DNA of 63,747 nt, the filler included, from Sphacelaria rigidula (lineage: Eukaryota): assembly GCA_964200075.2 (NCBI GenBank). It is 7 parts of 7 records of this genome, joined end to end, with 100 filler letters (N's around TTAATTAATTAA, not from the genome) between each part and the next. Parts side by side here need not be neighbours in the genome. Positions count along the whole stretch, not along the records: positions 54,728 to 63,747 come from CAXNAA020009492.1; 6 more parts are not named here. One strand, written 5' to 3'. The notes beneath the pieces are model-generated. The model had not been told where the DNA came from, searched no databases, and saw only the letters and a list, made by a program, of their open reading frames with translations. Shown piece by piece: positions 62,501 to 63,747 of this stretch. Every line of letters starts with the position of its first letter. Positions within the stretch are counted from its first letter, which is position 1. Made by a program: the position numbers and the translations under genes.

Positions 62501-62980
62501 GAGCCATGCTACGATAGGGGGGCGGGGGGGTACTCATTTGTTGCTTGCCGTAGTCGTTTGACCATTGACCACGCATACATTTCGAGACGGAGCACCGTTC
62601 CTACTGCTTATAGAGACACCTCCAACATTCCGCCGCTCATTACGTTTCTTCCATTGATTGCACAACAACCCTGTGACATATCTTATCCCCGTCCTGTTTC
62701 GCCGTCTGTGGTCATCATCTATCTCCTAGTATGGGGGGGAGGGTGTTCGGTTCCACGAAATAATGTGGTCATAGATGCGTCAAATGACCTGAAACACTCG
62801 CGGTGCGCTTGTGTCTGGGTACAAGCGGTGTAAATCAGAAGCATGCATGAGCGTTATTGATTGGGAGCAAGGGCGTTCGCACTACTCCTGGCTGGTTTCA
62901 ACGGCGATTGGAGTGGAATTTCGTGGAAGAAAACGGCCCAAAATACCCCTCCCCCTCCCTCCCCTATCGTAGCATGACTC
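62501..62980. mobile_element. MITE family A, full copy, with LINE fragment at 62530-62732
   Basis: TIR GAGCCATGCTACGATAGGGG / CCCCTATCGTAGCATGACTC. Confidence 0.8.
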
Positions 62981-63672
62981 TATTTTGGAATGTACGCTCT
63001 AGGCCATCAGTGAGTGGACGGATGAGCTACAGTACAGAACGAAGCGCAAGCAATCAGCCACATGCTCAAAGGTACAACCCATCCGTCGACTCGCTCCCTT
63101 CCTTCCGACAAAACATAGCTTTGTTTGAACCCTGCTGCTCCCCCGACCACCAAACACCTACCCCAACTCGTACGTGAAGAATGTTTGATATTTCGTCGGG
63201 GCACGCACGGCTCATCGCAAAACCGTCAAGAGAGATTCATTCCCCCGCATTGGTTAAATAGTGGCCAGGCTTTGACCTACTTCGCACATCATGTTCCCCT
63301 CTCTAGGATGAAGGCACCGATTGTAAGGCCTGGGATTTTTTTCCAGGCAAAAAACTCTCCCTCACAAGTGAGCCCTGTAGGTACGAGAAATACAAATTTA
63401 ACGAAGAACATAAAAATGATCTTTCAACTTTTGCTCAAAACCTGTACTGTGAGTTTTCGCCGAAAAAAAGTGCTCATTAATATTATATTCATCTCTCTGT
63501 CCATCTGTCTGCGTGTCGTGCGATGGAAATATTTCAGGCAAACAAAGACAGATTCACCCCGCTTGAAGAGTAATCTACAAAGCGAGACAGAACGAAGCAG
63601 GCAAGATGGTAGAACAAAGAAGAACACGAAAAAAAAAAAAATGAGATATATGACAAGAAAAAAAGTGGGGGG

Positions 63673-63738
63673 CGTACTCATTTGTTGCTTGCCTTAGTCA
63701 TTTGACCATTGACCACGCATCCCTTTCGAGACGAAGCA
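63673..63738 (-). mobile_element. LINE 3' fragment, short
   Basis: G6 followed by CGTACTCATTTGTTGCTTGCC. Confidence 0.75.
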
Positions 63739-63747
63739 TAAAAAAGG

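Overview
Eukaryotic, intron-rich, repeat-dense DNA, most likely a brown alga (Phaeophyceae). This is inferred from EsV-1-7 repeats, short exons in long introns and the transposon types. The window is not contiguous: seven unlinked contigs of about 9.02 kb (1-9022, 9123-18144, 18245-27265, 27366-36386, 36487-45507, 45608-54627, 54728-63747) are joined by 100-nt N44-TTAATTAATTAA-N44 spacers, so nothing can be inferred across spacers. Host genes recognised: the first four exons of a myosin, two exons of an axonemal-type dynein heavy chain, the last two exons of an At5g60700-like glycosyltransferase-fold protein, an EsV-1-7 repeat ORF, and two exons of a probable FANCD2. Mobile DNA dominates: a gag-only LTR element, Gypsy/chromovirus remnants, a DIRS-type pol (RT-RNase H-methylase-like), a hAT pseudogene, tRNA-derived SINEs, several MITE/foldback families and minisatellites. 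The most striking signal is about 11 3'-end fragments of a LINE that has no poly(A) tail, ends about 5 nt after its stop codon and repeatedly sits in poly(C)/poly(G) tracts, including the G-tracts inside MITE termini. Protein family assignments are by motif recognition from memory, not database searches.
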